Source: Lama guanicoe
Lineage: Eukaryota
DNA: 64,000 nucleotides
Direction of reading: 5' to 3'
Assembly (NCBI GenBank): GCA_013239625.1
Contig: MU054925.1
Coordinates: 1,186,829-1,250,828, forward strand
Positions within the stretch are counted from its first letter, which is position 1. Each line of letters opens with the position of its first letter. Below are positions 43,821-56,720 of the stretch, piece after piece. The notes under the pieces were generated by a model that saw only the letters and a list, made by a program, of their open reading frames with translations, did not search any database and had not been told where the DNA came from. Both the position numbers and the translations under genes were made by a program.

Positions 43821-46800
43821 TCACGTGGGCCTTGGTGGCTCTGAGAGGGGCCGGGGCCGCCCTGTGCTCCTGTGCACTGATGGGGACGGCGACTGTTCCG
43901 ATGACAGGTTTGCCTTGTCAGAGGTGCCAGGGCCCACGTTCACATAGGCCACGGGCAGCTGCACGTAGTGGTCTCCTCGCAGTGTGGCCACCATGCGCTC
44001 CACTTCCCCTGCCAGCACTCCAAAGGTGGGTCTTGCTGCAGGATCTGCAGCCCAGCAGTGCTGCATCACTGCATACCTACCAAGTGGAGGAAAACGTCAG
44101 AGGCATGGTGCACTGCACCCAGAGACTCCGGGCCATCTGCCTGCTGTTACCACCCGGCAGGCCACACAGGGGTGAGGGCAGGTGACAGGACCTGGTGCCT
44201 CACATCGCCCAATTAGGGGCAGCTCTTCTCCTTCCCAACTTGGCAAGGTTGAATTGCATCAGGGAGCTAAGAGGTTGGGCTCCTGTGCCCTGTGACCTGG
44301 GCTATGTGATCTTGAGCAAGTTCCTTAACTCTGTGCCTCTGGATCCTTCTCTGATCACAGAGGTATTGGGGCATAAGGTGAGAGGATGCCTGTGCAGTTC
44401 TTAGCTTAGGGCCCAACTCACAAGCTATCATGGTTATCATCACATATCTTCCAGGAAGGAAGCCCAGATCTGGGGATTAAAAGGCCTGAGATGTGTGGGG
44501 CAGCACATGGCACAATGGTTCCCAAGCAAGTGTCTCTGGGTTTGTCGGGTGAGTTCTAATACATCCGCCTTTATCTTGGAAATATTATCCCTGCCTTAAA
44601 TGATACTAAAACTGCCCTACACACAATAATCTCATATACTTTTTAGACCCTCTGAAGGTGGGACTGTTATCATTCCAACTTTCCAGATGAGAAAAACTGA
44701 GGCCCAGAGAGAAGGGACTTGCCCTGAAATAGAGGATGCTGTGGTATGCCACCCAGATACCCCCCCTTTATTCTGCCTGTGGCTGCTGATGGCTCTTGGC
44801 TGAGGCCCTGACTAGGAATTGCCCTAGGCAGAAAAGAAATGCCTCCTACAAGTTCACACTCCTTCCTCAGGGACAGCTGTGACCAGTGACTGACTAATGT
44901 CTGGTGCAAACAGCTGGGCCCCTTGATCTCAATTTCAGAAAACTCCGAAGGGCCTTTCCAGTGTCAGAGGTTTCCAGGGCATAGGCTGTAGCTTCTGTTG
45001 CATCTGCATCACAGGCCAACTTCTTCCCCTGCCTAGTCCTGCTTCTCTCACCCCCAGTCTACCAATAAACCCTCTGCACGTAAATCTCCATCTCAGAGTC
45101 TGTTTAGGGAGACTGCAATATAGGCAAATAGACAGTGAAGTTAATTTCCTTTACTTTGTTTTTTGTTTGGTTTTGTTTTGCAGGGGGAGGGAATTAGGTT
45201 TATTTATTTATTTTAAGTGGACGTACTAGAAATTGAACCCAGGACCTCGTGCATGCTAAACACACACTCTACCACTGAGATATACCCTCCCCCTAATTTC
45301 CCTTACTTTGAATCAGACGCATTAGTGATGTAAATAATAAAGAGCAAACCCAAGGCAGGCAGGGCAGTGAGGAAGGATTACTCATACCCTTCTGGAACAC
45401 AGATTGGATAGGACTCATCAACCACCTTTACCTGTGTTCTTCCTGTTCTGACCAGAGACTTCAGCACAGCTGAGGCATGTGTGCTGCTTATGAAGCTGAA
45501 CCTGGGCACCAAAACCACCCATCAGGCACTGATGAAACACAGCGGCCGTCATACCTCTGGGAACAGGCAATCTAAAACTATACCCAGTGGAAAAAAAAAT
45601 CTGATCTGCTGATGGGGGGGAGGGGCTAGTGTGGGAGCTAATGGAACATTTCCTTGAGGTTAAGAAAGAGGAAAAGATGGAAAACAGCCCCCCTTGGTGG
45701 GGGTGGGTGGAGAGGAGTGCTGGGAAATCAAATCACTGGCCTCAATCCAGACTGAGTTAGGAAATGCTGTTACCATGGCAACTGTGATATTCTTCCAGCA
45801 CCCAGCCCGGAATAGGGGTGGAACCAATCCGCAGATGAGGAAACTGAGGCCCAGAGAGGGTCCCTTTCCAGGTCAGCCAGAGAATCAGTCAAAGAATCAG
45901 GCAAGGACTCTGTCTCCAGCCTCTTTCTTGTCTCTGGGGCCTAGCTCACTCCCCATCACCACTTCCACATACTCACAGAGAATCGGGGCAATACTCAGGC
46001 TGGGGCAGGCGGCGACCCTGGGCCAGGAAGTGAGCGAGGTCAAAAGGGTCAATGTGGGAGTATGGTGGGGCACCCCGTGTCAGCAGCTCCCATAACAGCA
46101 CACCAAATGACCACTGTGGGAGGAGAGAGGTGAAGGGACTGAACTCTTACCCCAAATTTGGAGACAGGTGGGTCCCCCCAGCTCCTCTACCTCTCAGAGC
46201 CCTCTAGCTGGAATGGAGGGGCTTGACCCCCCAATCAGAGCCCATTCCTCAAAACCTCACCAGCTTCTTCCCTCTGTCCCCACCCACCACTCGAGCCTGC
46301 CCAGAGTTGGTGTTGGGCAGGGCCCAGATTGTCTGGAGTTCATAGCCTTCTCTTGCCCTGACATCTGCCCAGAGGTGGGCAAATGGGCTGGGGGTGCTGC
46401 CCAGCTAGGGAATTCCCTGGACTCAGATCATCATCCGGAGCTAATGGGCAAGTCCAGGCTGAGTGTCCTCCCAGGACGCTGAAGCAATGTGGGCCCTGGG
46501 GCAGGTGGGGCCTTACTACATCAGACTTGGTGGTGAATCTGTAAGTCTGTAGGCTCTCGAGAGCCATCCATTTGACAGGTAGGCGAGCGTGGCGGTGCTG
46601 TTGGACACTGTAGTATTCCTTGTCCAGGACGTCGCGGGCCAGACCAAAATCAGCCACTTTGACCGTGAATGACTCATCCAGCCTGGAAAGGGAATCACTC
46701 TCAGGACTGGCCCCTACCAGGCCCTGAACCCACCTGTCCCGGCCCGAACAGGGTTTCTGAGCCACAATGTCCAATCCAAGACTGCACAGGGTAGACAGGA

Positions 46801-49800
46801 AAACAGACCCAGAGACAGGAGGACATGTCCAGGGCTGCACAGCAAGGGCTGGAGCGTGGGCCCCTTCCTGAGGTGCAGCTTAGCTGCAGGCCCTGATGCT
46901 CTGCCCCCTTGCTTATCCCCAGCTGCTCTGGCAGCTCACATGCAGTTCCGAGCAGCCAGGTCCCTGTGCACAAACTTCTGCTCTGCCAGGTACTCCATGC
47001 CGCGGGCCACCTGCAGGCCGAAGCTGATGAGGTCCTTCACCGTGGGGTTCTAGGGGCACAGGTGGGTCAGTAGGTGAGGGCAGAGCAGCTCCATCCTCAG
47101 CTGCTGCCCAAGCCCCTGACCCAGGGCCCACTGAGCACTGACCCGCTGGGGTGAGCGGATGAACTGGAGCAGGTCTCCGTGGCGCATGTAGGGCAGCAGC
47201 ACACGAGGCAGCCCTTCAGGCGGAAGCATGATCCCAATGAGAGCCAGCACGTTTGGGTGGTGCAGACCCCGCATGAGCAGCCCCTCGCGCAGGAAGGCCT
47301 CCACCTCCTGCACTTCTGTGATGCCTGCAGAGCGGCTTGAGTCAGGCCCAGGGCAGGGAGCCAAGGGTCAGACAGGGAAATGGAGAAGAAAGTTCTCCTG
47401 CTCAGGGTCGCTCAGTGAGGTGGTTGCACAGCAGGGACGGAGACCCTCCCAGCCTCTGTCCCACTTACGACTCAGCGACTTGATAGCACAGTGGACTCGA
47501 TTCTGGGCCTCGTCTATGTATTCTCCATGGTAGACGACTCCAAAATGGCCTATGAGGGAGAGATGGTGAGAGGAGCCCCAGTGCCCAGGGCTCCACCACA
47601 CCCTCTCATTGGCACCTAGACCTCAGAGCACCAACTGGCCAATCTGACATTAAAGACGAGCGGCAGCCTCCGGATGGCAGAGCCTGCAGCCTTCCTAGGC
47701 CCACTTAATCTGCACCAGAACCCAGTGAGGACAGAATTTCTGTTTCCCAGATGAGCAAATGGAGGCTCAGAGAGGTTACACAGTATGCCTCAGGTCACAC
47801 AGGTTGGTGAGGCCAGAGCAGAGGCCTGCCTAACTGTTCCTTGAGCCCATGTCATCTCAGGACTCCATCTCTGTCCCAGTCCCAGCTGGCCTGGCCCCCA
47901 TACCTTTGCCAATGACTCGGTCAGTGTGGGTGAGCACCCGTTCATGGGGAATCAGCACATCCTTAACCTCGGCCAGGAGCGTGGGGTTCAGGTCCCCAAG
48001 TTGAATGGACTCTTTCCTCAGCAGTGGGACATGGGATCCGACCCCACTGTCTGAGAAGGATGCTCTGCGGATCCGAGTGGTAGAACCCAGGTCACTGATG
48101 GCAGGGGATGCTGTGGAGGACAGGGAGTGAGGGACTTGTGGCACAGAGGGCATGGCCCCAGCTTCTAGTACTGCCACCATCTCACCGAGGCCATTTCTGT
48201 AGTCAGAGCCTGAGCGGAGAATAGGCAGAGGTAAGTCTCCAGTGGTCCTGTCCAGGGATGCCAAATCATCCAGATTCGGAGAAAGGACTGTGGAAAAATG
48301 GCCCCTAGTGGCCAGCCATTCCAAGCTCCTAGAGGCTAACCCCTACCCAGGAGGCATGGGCAGACCGAGGATATAGGGGCTTGGAGGTGTCACTGTTTTG
48401 GGGTAGGGGCTGAGTCAGGATGGGAGTGGAGAGCTCACCTAGCTGTTTCCTCCGGTAGTAACTGAAGACCAGTATGGCGGCCAGTACACCCACAAGCAGG
48501 AGCAGGGCCAGCAGGACACCGAGGAGCGTGCTCTGGGGGACCCCTTCCAGACCTGGCCGCACTACCCTGCCCAGGATGTGACACCCACCATCCACGCAGA
48601 CCTGGGGGCAGGTGGCAGCTCAGGCCCAGCCTGTAGGCCCTCAACCCATGTCTCCTGCAGAAGGCCTGCTGAGCTGCCTACCTGCAGTGGAGCACCATCC
48701 TTGCCAAGTTGCAGGGAGAGGGGCAGGGGGCAGACGACCACATCCCCTCGGAGCTCATGCCGGCAGCTCTCACCTCCCACGGTCACGTTCACATCCACAC
48801 AGTCAGCCACAGCACCCAGCCCAATATACTGCAGAGACAGTCATGAGGACTGGCCAGTGCCCCCATCTCCTTTGGGCAGGCTTCAGCCCCAACCCTCCAC
48901 TGTCCCAGCCCCTCATCCCCCACACTTACCTCAAACTTAATGGCATGCTCCTCAGGCTTCAGTGGGGCCAGGTCTGTGCTGGGTGGGTAGGGTGGGGGCA
49001 GGAAGCGAAAGCCAGGCAGTGTGAAGCCAGGAGCCCCATCCCCCTGGACACTCAGGTTCCCCATCACCCACCCCTGAGGGCCTCGGACCACGTATTCAGG
49101 CAGGCGGCACCAGTGCTGCTCCGGGAGCTGCCCTTCACACTGCTGGACCCATGCGAGAGTGGTTAGCCAGGTATCCTACCTATGGCCACCCCAGTCCCCC
49201 AGCTCAGCACAGGGTAGGGCTGGAACTCAGGGGACTGGTGTGGCCTTCCTCCCTCCTGGCCAGTGCCCACTTTGCAGCTGCCAGCACCCGCTCACCCTGT
49301 TCTCCACTGCCTTAAACCCATCATGGAATGACACCACGAGGTGCTGCACTGAAGTCAGGTGCTGGCCACGGATGGTCACATAGGAGCCACTGTGGAGGAG
49401 AGTGGGGTGGCGAGCTTGGGGTGCTCTCCAAGACTGGATCCTTCGTTCTTAGGAGACCAGAGTGGGCAAGGAGGTGGCACTTACGTGTAGCCACAGTTGG
49501 GGCTGATGCCCAGCATGATGGGGTCTTCCTTGTAGTGGAAGTTCCAGGAGCCAGGCACCTTGGCACCCCCTACCTGCAGGCGAATGGGAACGCTGGCAGT
49601 AGCGGCCCCTGGGGGTGTGGTACATAAAAGCTGCCCCTCGTTGACCCTGCAGAACAGGTGGATTGGGCTCAGAGGCACCCTCCACGTGATGGTCAGGCCC
49701 AACTCCTCCAGAGGCCTGCCGATCCCTCCCAGTTCCTCTGCTGGTCATCCCCTCAACCTGCCCTACTCCGTGGCTCTGTCTGAAGGTAGGGTGGTCCCAG

Positions 49801-52800
49801 TAAGTCCTCCAAGAAGACAAGGAGGGAACAGGTTCCCCACAACATTGGCTGGAGCCATTGGACTCTAGGTCTAGAGGCAGTGGACTCTCCTGACATCCCC
49901 AAACCACCTCTGAGCTGGAGAAAGCAACAGACCCTTCTTCCTGGACCTGTTCCTTACACTGACCATGTGACTGAGCCCTCCTCCTTCTGCCCTGACAGGG
50001 ATCCAAGCCCCACGTGGTGAGGGCTCCCCTGTGTGGGACCCTGTGGATTCCCATCCCCTTTCCTGATGGAACTTACCGTTTCAGCGGGCACTCAGTCCCA
50101 TTGATGAACACAGCCCGGCTGGTACCTACAGACAGGTCTTGGCCTTCAAGGGTGAGGGAGGTTCCCCCTGCCCGTGGGCCAAAGAGGGGTTGTACTGTTC
50201 TCAGCACCGGCTCCTGAGAGGGCATGGAGGTGGCTTAGCTTGCAGTAGGAGGCCCTCTACCCAAACCCTTCCCTGCCCGAATTGCCCAGCAGGCCAAGAG
50301 AATAGACAAGGCAAGGTGGCCTCACCACAAAAGAGAAGCCTTGAAGCATGGAGGTGCCATCCACCCGGAAATGCCTGCCCAGTGGCACGTTGGACACGGT
50401 GAGGCTGACGTTGGCAGGCCCAGCTACCTGCGTGACCAAGGGCTCCAGCTCACACTCAAGCTCCTCTACAAAGTACTTCCGGGGCACTTGGCTGGGACAC
50501 CAGGGGAACTCAAAGTCAGCCAGGGGCCACCTTGGCTGGTTGCCTGCCCACTACAAATCACAGGTCTCCTCTGAGCTTTTCTTCCCCCAGGTAGGGCAGG
50601 ATCTGGCAGAGCAGAGACTAACCTTGCCAGGCCAGGACTCAACAGACAGGTAGGGCACATGCAGGCTCAAGAAGGGACAGAGATGTCTCCCCAGACACAA
50701 AGCCACAAAGCCATTGCAACTTACCCCATACCACTATGCCCCACACAAGCAGAAGACAGGGTCTCACAGGGACGGGGCTGCTTGGTTACTCCCATCAGGG
50801 ATCAAAAGGGTAGAGACCAGGTTGTACCTGAGGTTTGAGCTGTCCTTATGCAGCAGTCGGCAGGGACTTTGACCCACGGTGACCTGATGGGTGTCTTTAG
50901 GCACCAGGCCAGTAGGGTGTAGGTTGAAGTTGGAGCCACACAGGGTTAGCCTTGTGCTGCCCCTCAGGGGTCCACTCTGGGGGTGGAACTGAGGGGAGAG
51001 GAGGAGATGGCCTGAGTCCCCTGCTGGGTCAGGACTCCCAGCCTCGTCTGCTTTCCCCGAAGTTTTCTGCCATACTCCTTGCCTGTCTCACACTTCATCG
51101 TTCTAGGTCTCTTACTAGTCCTCACTCAAAACTTTTCTGCCTCTAAGTCTTTGCATGTGCCATCCTCTCTGCCAAGAATGCCCTCCTTGTAGATACTGAG
51201 GTCAGCTCAGGCCTGAGGAAGATCATGGTCAAGAGCTGCTGACCCCCACCTCAGGCCCAGCTTGCCCCGCCCTTACCTGTGTCCTGCCAGGCAAGCCATA
51301 CCTCAGTAAGCTCTGGTGGGCAATGGTCCTGTTGCCAGGAGCCAGGACACTCCTTCTGCCGGCCACACATGCCCCCACACCATCCACAGCCCATGAAACG
51401 CTGTGCCCGCAGGCAACGCCAACAGGTGAGGAAGTGGCGGCAGCCAGGGCCCCGGACAGGTACCTGGAAGACCTTGGACAGACAGGTGGCTCAGGGGTGG
51501 CTAAAGGTGGTGGGGGCACCAGGTCCCTTAGACCCCCTGGTCCCAGTGTAAACCAGGGAGGTGAGACCTGTGTGTCAGTGCCTCCCTGGATCAAATGGGG
51601 TGGCTGTGCTCCCACAGCACAGTCCCAGGCCCTGCCCTGCCCCACCTTACCTTGTCCCCAGAGGCAAAGAGAAGGTGGTCCCCAAGGCGACTGATATCCC
51701 GATGCACAGGCTGCCCATTGCTGCCCAGTGAGAAGTTGGACACGTACAGCAAGTAGTTGAGAGACCTGGCCAGTTCCACCTGGGACAGGTCAGCTGTGAG
51801 CAAAATGGGGATGAGGGTTTGGGGACAAGGGGCTGTGGAGATGAGGAACCTACCTGCAGGATGCGCCCATCAGCTGTGCCCATGTGGGCCAATGTGACAT
51901 TGTTGAGGCGTGTCACGTGCAATGCAGTGACTTGCACTGGCCCTAACAGCCCATTGAAGAGGTCCACACGTGAGAAGCTGCTGCTGACCAGCAGAGGGAA
52001 GTGGCGGCAACTGGTGTTGGGGCTGAGAGCCTCCAGGCCAGGCTGGGGAGGGTCAGGGAAGGAGTCAGGGCTCATCTCCATGCACTGACCCCTTGGGAAC
52101 TCTGTCAGTGACCACCACAGCCCAAACTCCCACCCCTCACCTGCCCTGGCTGCAGAAGGTCCCAGGCCTGCCAGTTTCCCCACCCCCTCCATGGGGCTCT
52201 CAGAAGTAGCAAGGCCAGGGAAGAAGGCCAAGGCTGGAAGTCTGGCTCAGCTCCCCCTGCACGTCCATTCTGATAACGAGTCTTACAGAGTTAACCCCAT
52301 TCTGTCCTCACAGCCTTGCTGTAGAGTGGGTACTCTCACCACCCCCATATTACAGAGAAGGAAACTGGCTCACAGAGGTTTGCTCACCTGTCAAAGGCCT
52401 TATAGCTACTCCTCTCCTCAGGAGAGGAGCCAGGTTGGAAGTCTGAGTTCTTGATCAGAGTCCTCTCCTGCCCCCTGCTGGTTCCTCCCTGCACTTCACA
52501 AACCCTGTTCCCTCTTAAGGCTTCGGTTTCTACACCTGCGTAAGGGCCTGAACGCTGAGGTTAATTGGCCAGCACAGGGTTAGTAACATGGTCCTTCTCC
52601 CTGAGACACCACAGGTCTTCCTGAATCTCCAGCTGCTACCTGTACCTCCTTCAGGGTACAAAAGGGATAAACCAAAGCCTGAGGGTCTGTATACCAGACT
52701 AGGCCCTGGGGCTGGGAAACAGTAATTTCTCCCCTGCTCTTAGCAGGAGGGTGTTTGGGGTTGAGTGCCCAGGGCAAGGCTGTGGAAGCCTCTGGGACAC

Positions 52801-55800
52801 CAGGAAGTGAGAGTGTGAGTGTAGGGTATCGAGCTGGGCTCAAGGTGTAGCCAGGGCTCTGTAGCCTTAGCTGCTCGGAACCCTCCCTTACCAGCCCTAA
52901 GGGTGGTCCCCAAGGCTGACAGAAGGCCCCTATTAGACTAAGTATGCTTAACCCAGTCCTGATTGAAAGTCTTGGGAGCAAGAGTAGGTCTCGAGCTGGG
53001 CCCTGAAACTCCACACACTGGATCTGTAGCCTGGGTCGGTGGGGACTAGGACTCTGTCCTCACTGGAGGTGGGTAAGAGACTTGAACCTAGCAGGAAGCC
53101 AGCCAGGTGATTTCAGTATGACTCAGCGACAGGTGGGGCTGTGGGGTGGAAAAGAGGCCCTATCCCAGTCAGAGCCACACCCGTGCCTGTTGGCCCCTGG
53201 GCTCCAGGGCCTTAGCTCTGGGTTCCCAGGCCTGTCTAGAGGCCTCTGGTTCTGGAAAACACTTAAACATCCAATGCCCCATAGTGGAAGGTGACCCCCC
53301 CAGACTCAAACCCTGTCTGAACTCATGGTGGGCAGGTCCCAGCTCTGAGCCCCTCAGGCTTCATGAGGGCAGCCACAATGAGCACACAGTGGGTGTCTTC
53401 CTGGAGGTTGCAGGCCCAGTCACAGGACACTGTGCAGGCTGGTCCACACAAGGCCTGGCTAGCCTATAGGCAGGGCTTGAGCCTGGCACCACCAAGTTGT
53501 GCTGGGTTTCTTCTGATCCCCTGACCACTAGCCAAGTCAGGGAGAGGTTCCGACTCCCTGAAGGAGAGGAGGCCAGGCAGGGCCACCCAGCTCAGACTAG
53601 GGATCCCAACCCCTAAGGCCTCCTCAACCCATATGGAGTCAGCAGAGGGTAGAAGCTGAAGACTCCCTACCCTTCATTGTGTATAAATTCTCCTCCCAGC
53701 ACTGCGGCATCAGTCAGAGCAAAAGGAGTTAGTGGAGAATGTCATAGCAGGGCTAGGGCCACAGGGCAGCCAAAGACTCAGAGAGCAGTGACTGTGGGTC
53801 AGCTTGCTAAAAGGCCACTTGTCCAATGCCATTTGTTCATTCATTCCATTGCCCTGGGTTAGTCTCTTGTATGGTGGAACTGTTTCAATGGCTTCAAGGG
53901 ATCAGTTTTGGTTTTGTCCTCAGGGAAGTATTTTAAGGAATTTCCTTTTTGTCTCTTCTCCAGATCCCTGGCACTTATGCTGGAGAGAACCTGGGTAGGA
54001 TCTGCTGGAAGGCATCCCCAGTTAAGCATGGGCTGGGAGACCTCCTTCCTGGGGTGAGAAGGGGGACTGAGGCAGGGCCCCAACTATGGTGAAAGAAAGT
54101 ATGGGATTCCTGCATGGTGAACCAATTCTAATCAGCCTCTCCTAGGCCTTTACTCATCCCCAGATGTTTATAGTTGATTGCACAAGACTGGAGTGAGCCT
54201 TCTGGAATCTACCAGAGCCAAGCCTCCTTCCCACTACATCCTGAATCCTCTCCCAATCACCCAACGGAGAACAATCAGGAATGAGTGGATCAGTAAAGCC
54301 CAAGGCATGCAGGCTCCCTGACAAGCCCCCAACTTCCAAGGCCCAGGAGGCTCTCTAGAGGGGGAGGCATTCTCTGACAATCCCTGACCCACCCTCCTTG
54401 GAAAGCAGAGCAAAACAACTGTTCCTACAGGGAAAGCAAAACAGTGTTGGTGAGCAGCTATGAGTCTGGATGAATCTGTGAGCATCTGCCTGTGTGGAGG
54501 GCACTGCTTTTCTGTGCATGTCCCTAAGGTTATATGTCGTGAGCAGATGGGAAGGGACACCCATCATTCTACCCAGCATTTGGAAGTGTGCCTGGCAGAG
54601 AGACAGTTATGCAGTCTGGTTTTCACATGGCCAGGGAAACTACCTAAAAAATCAAGAGGCCAGGGTGAGAGGGTTAAAGAGCAAAATGGCATAGCAACAG
54701 GGTCCAGCCTGGCCAGGAGATGAGCCTCCAGTGTGGCCTTTGGCTGATTCCCTCACTACCCTAAAGAATAGGGTGGAAGAGAAAACTTGCCCCCAACTGC
54801 CCTCCCCCTTCCAGATCCCCTCGGTACCGGAAGAGAGGCAGCTGGAAGGGAAGCATGCACACAATGCTCACAAGTGAGGGCCCCTTCTTTCTGCTCACCG
54901 GGTGAGGGCAGAAACTGGGCAATTGAAAGAAGTCAAGGTCTCGGCGGAGGCCAGGGTGGACTGGAGGCTCACAGCAGCGCTCTACTCCCTGATCAATGAG
55001 AGTGTTCAGCAGATCAACTGGGAAGGCACAGACGACAGAGCTGGGATCCACAACTGACTTGCTGTCCCTGCTAGCCGAGAAGACCCCAAATAGCACTTCC
55101 TGGCCCTCGGCGATGCTCAGTTCAGCAGCCAATCTGCTGCCCACAGGAGCGGCATGGGCTGCCCTCAGCACCGGGTAGGGATGCCCTCCCTCATGGGCCG
55201 CGCGACGCCGGCGTTTAGGCTCAAAACTGCAGTCAAGGACCATCTCGCGGTAGTTGCCCAGGTCGGTCTCTACAGCACTGAGCCGTGCCACACGTGTGTG
55301 TAAGGCACCAGGAGCGGCTGCCACGTTGGCTGGCTGCACCATCAGAAAGTAGACAAAGGCTCCCGCGCGGAAACTGTACACATATTCGATGCGGTAGGAA
55401 GCGAGGTGCTCGGGCAGCACTGATAGTGCTGCAAAGCCTGGTGCAAATCCTGAGGCGTCAGCCTTGAGGCGCCGGATGGACACTGAGCCGGGGCTAAAGC
55501 TGGCGGCCACTGTTGAGTTCAGCGAGGATGCCACGTAGAAGTAGGAGGCATGGCCCTGCTCAACCACGGTCACAAGGGTGCCCAGAGGGCTGGCCACACA
55601 GTCGGGACAGTCCTCGGGCCGATTGTGGTGTGCAGAGAAAAGGCAGGCTGGTGGTGCCAGGTGCAGGGCTGCCCCTTGGGGCTCTAGCTCATGCAGGAAG
55701 CAGCGACCATGAAGGCTGGAGCCACAACTGATCAATGCGGGCAGCGCCGGCTCCAGCACTAGCACCTGCGCATCTGTATCCTCCCGCGGGCCGTGGGGGC

Positions 55801-56131
55801 CCGGGCCACAGGCCGCACACGTCCGGCAGTCTGGGTCCCCGACAGGGCCCGTGGCCAGGCTCTCAATTGGTTGGAAGTCAGGCCCAAGCACGTTCAGGCG
55901 ATTGCGTATGGCCACAAACACGGCACTCTCTTCCCCGCCGCCCTCATAGGTCGCCACGGCCTGTACCGGACCGCCGGCGGAGAAACTGGGCACCAAGTAC
56001 TCCACTTCAAAGTCGCGGGAAGCAGCGTAGGGGACGCGCGGGCACTGCCAGGACCCAACCATCTCGGGCACCGCCGGCAGCAACAGCAGTAGTAACAGGA
56101 AGGGCTGCAAAGGTGGCGGGTGGAGCTCCAT
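43821..56131 (-). CDS. MST1R: Macrophage-stimulating protein receptor RON, receptor tyrosine kinase, complete CDS, 20 exons, 1400 aa
   Basis: Exons (minus): 54899-56131, 51854-52042, 51651-51779, 51302-51472, 50828-50988, 50326-50491, 50077-50213, 49485-49646, 49296-49389, 48930-49139, 48682-48828, 48439-48601, 48186-48287, 47904-48110, 47469-47549, 47143-47324, 46940-47049, 46517-46682, 45977-46113, 43821-44076, totalling 4203 nt. Signal peptide, Sema domain, KRRRR furin site, PSI/IPT domains, TM segment, kinase ([22 protein letters not shown]) and YVQL..YVNV tail. Confidence 0.97.
44630..44730 (-). mobile_element. MIR SINE fragment
   Basis: TTCCAGATGAGAAAAACTGAGGCCCAGAGAG core. Confidence 0.6.
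44740..45118 (+). mobile_element. Probable ERVL LTR (LTR16-like)
   Basis: TGTGG start and AATAAACCCTCTGCACGTAAATCTCCATCTCAGAGTCTG near the end. Confidence 0.5.
45158..45293 (-). mobile_element. tRNA-derived SINE, Vic-1-like
   Basis: Full head and tail in reverse orientation, with a 16-bp TSD TAATTTCC(T/C)TTACTTT at 45142-45157 / 45294-45309. Confidence 0.88.
45769..45782. promoter_or_regulatory. RFX X-box in MST1R intron 19
   Basis: GTTACCATGGCAAC. Confidence 0.65.
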
Positions 56132-56720
56132 CGAGGCCCAGAAGGAGCCCCGCGAGGTTCCTGCAGGCCCGGGCCCGGCTGGGAGCCGACTAGAATCCTG
56201 TGTTGGGACCAGTGGGGAGTGCCGGTCCTGAGAGCCCTCCGGCAGCTGACCCCGCCAGGGCTTCTGAGATGCCCACCGCTCGCCCCCGCCCTTGGGTCTG
56301 AGCACCTGACGCGGGCAGACACACTCACCGACAGGGAACAGAAAAGCTGCCTCACCTGCTGCTCCAGCTGCCGCTCCCAGCTGGCGCTTGGAGCAAAGTC
56401 TGTCGGAGCGCCCCGGGCGGGGCTTGCCGGGCCGGGGTATGGGGGCGGGGCTGTGGGCTGGGCCCGCTGTAGGCCTGGCCTATCCCCGCCCCTCTGCCCG
56501 TCCGACTCTCCTGGTTCTCGAAAGCCTGGGTCCTACACCTACTCTTGGGCGCCTTTTTTTTCCCCTCAGTGGCCTGTGGGTGGGTGTGCGTGGAGTGGTC
56601 TGGAGAGAGGTTACACAGATCTGAGCCGTCCCGACCCGCCGCCAAAGACTGGGCAGAGATGAGGAAGGACCAGGGCTGCCCCAGCGCGTTTGAGGACCAC
56701 TCGGCTTCTTTATTCTCTTG
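55900..56720 (-). promoter_or_regulatory. MST1R CpG-island promoter / 5' leader
   Basis: CpG-rich, with several GGGCGG boxes (56414-56490) and CACCTG E-boxes at 56303-56308 and 56353-56358. Confidence 0.7.

Noticed and set aside
43933-43968. MET-like YVNV docking motif instead of human RON YMNL
   Set aside because: As recalled, YVNV is also present in mouse RON, so it is probably ancestral rather than novel.
56132-56305. 58-aa N-terminal extension of RON in the ORF track (MLRPKGGG...)
   Set aside because: It starts at a GTG. The ATG at 56131 gives the expected signal peptide and a 1400-aa protein.
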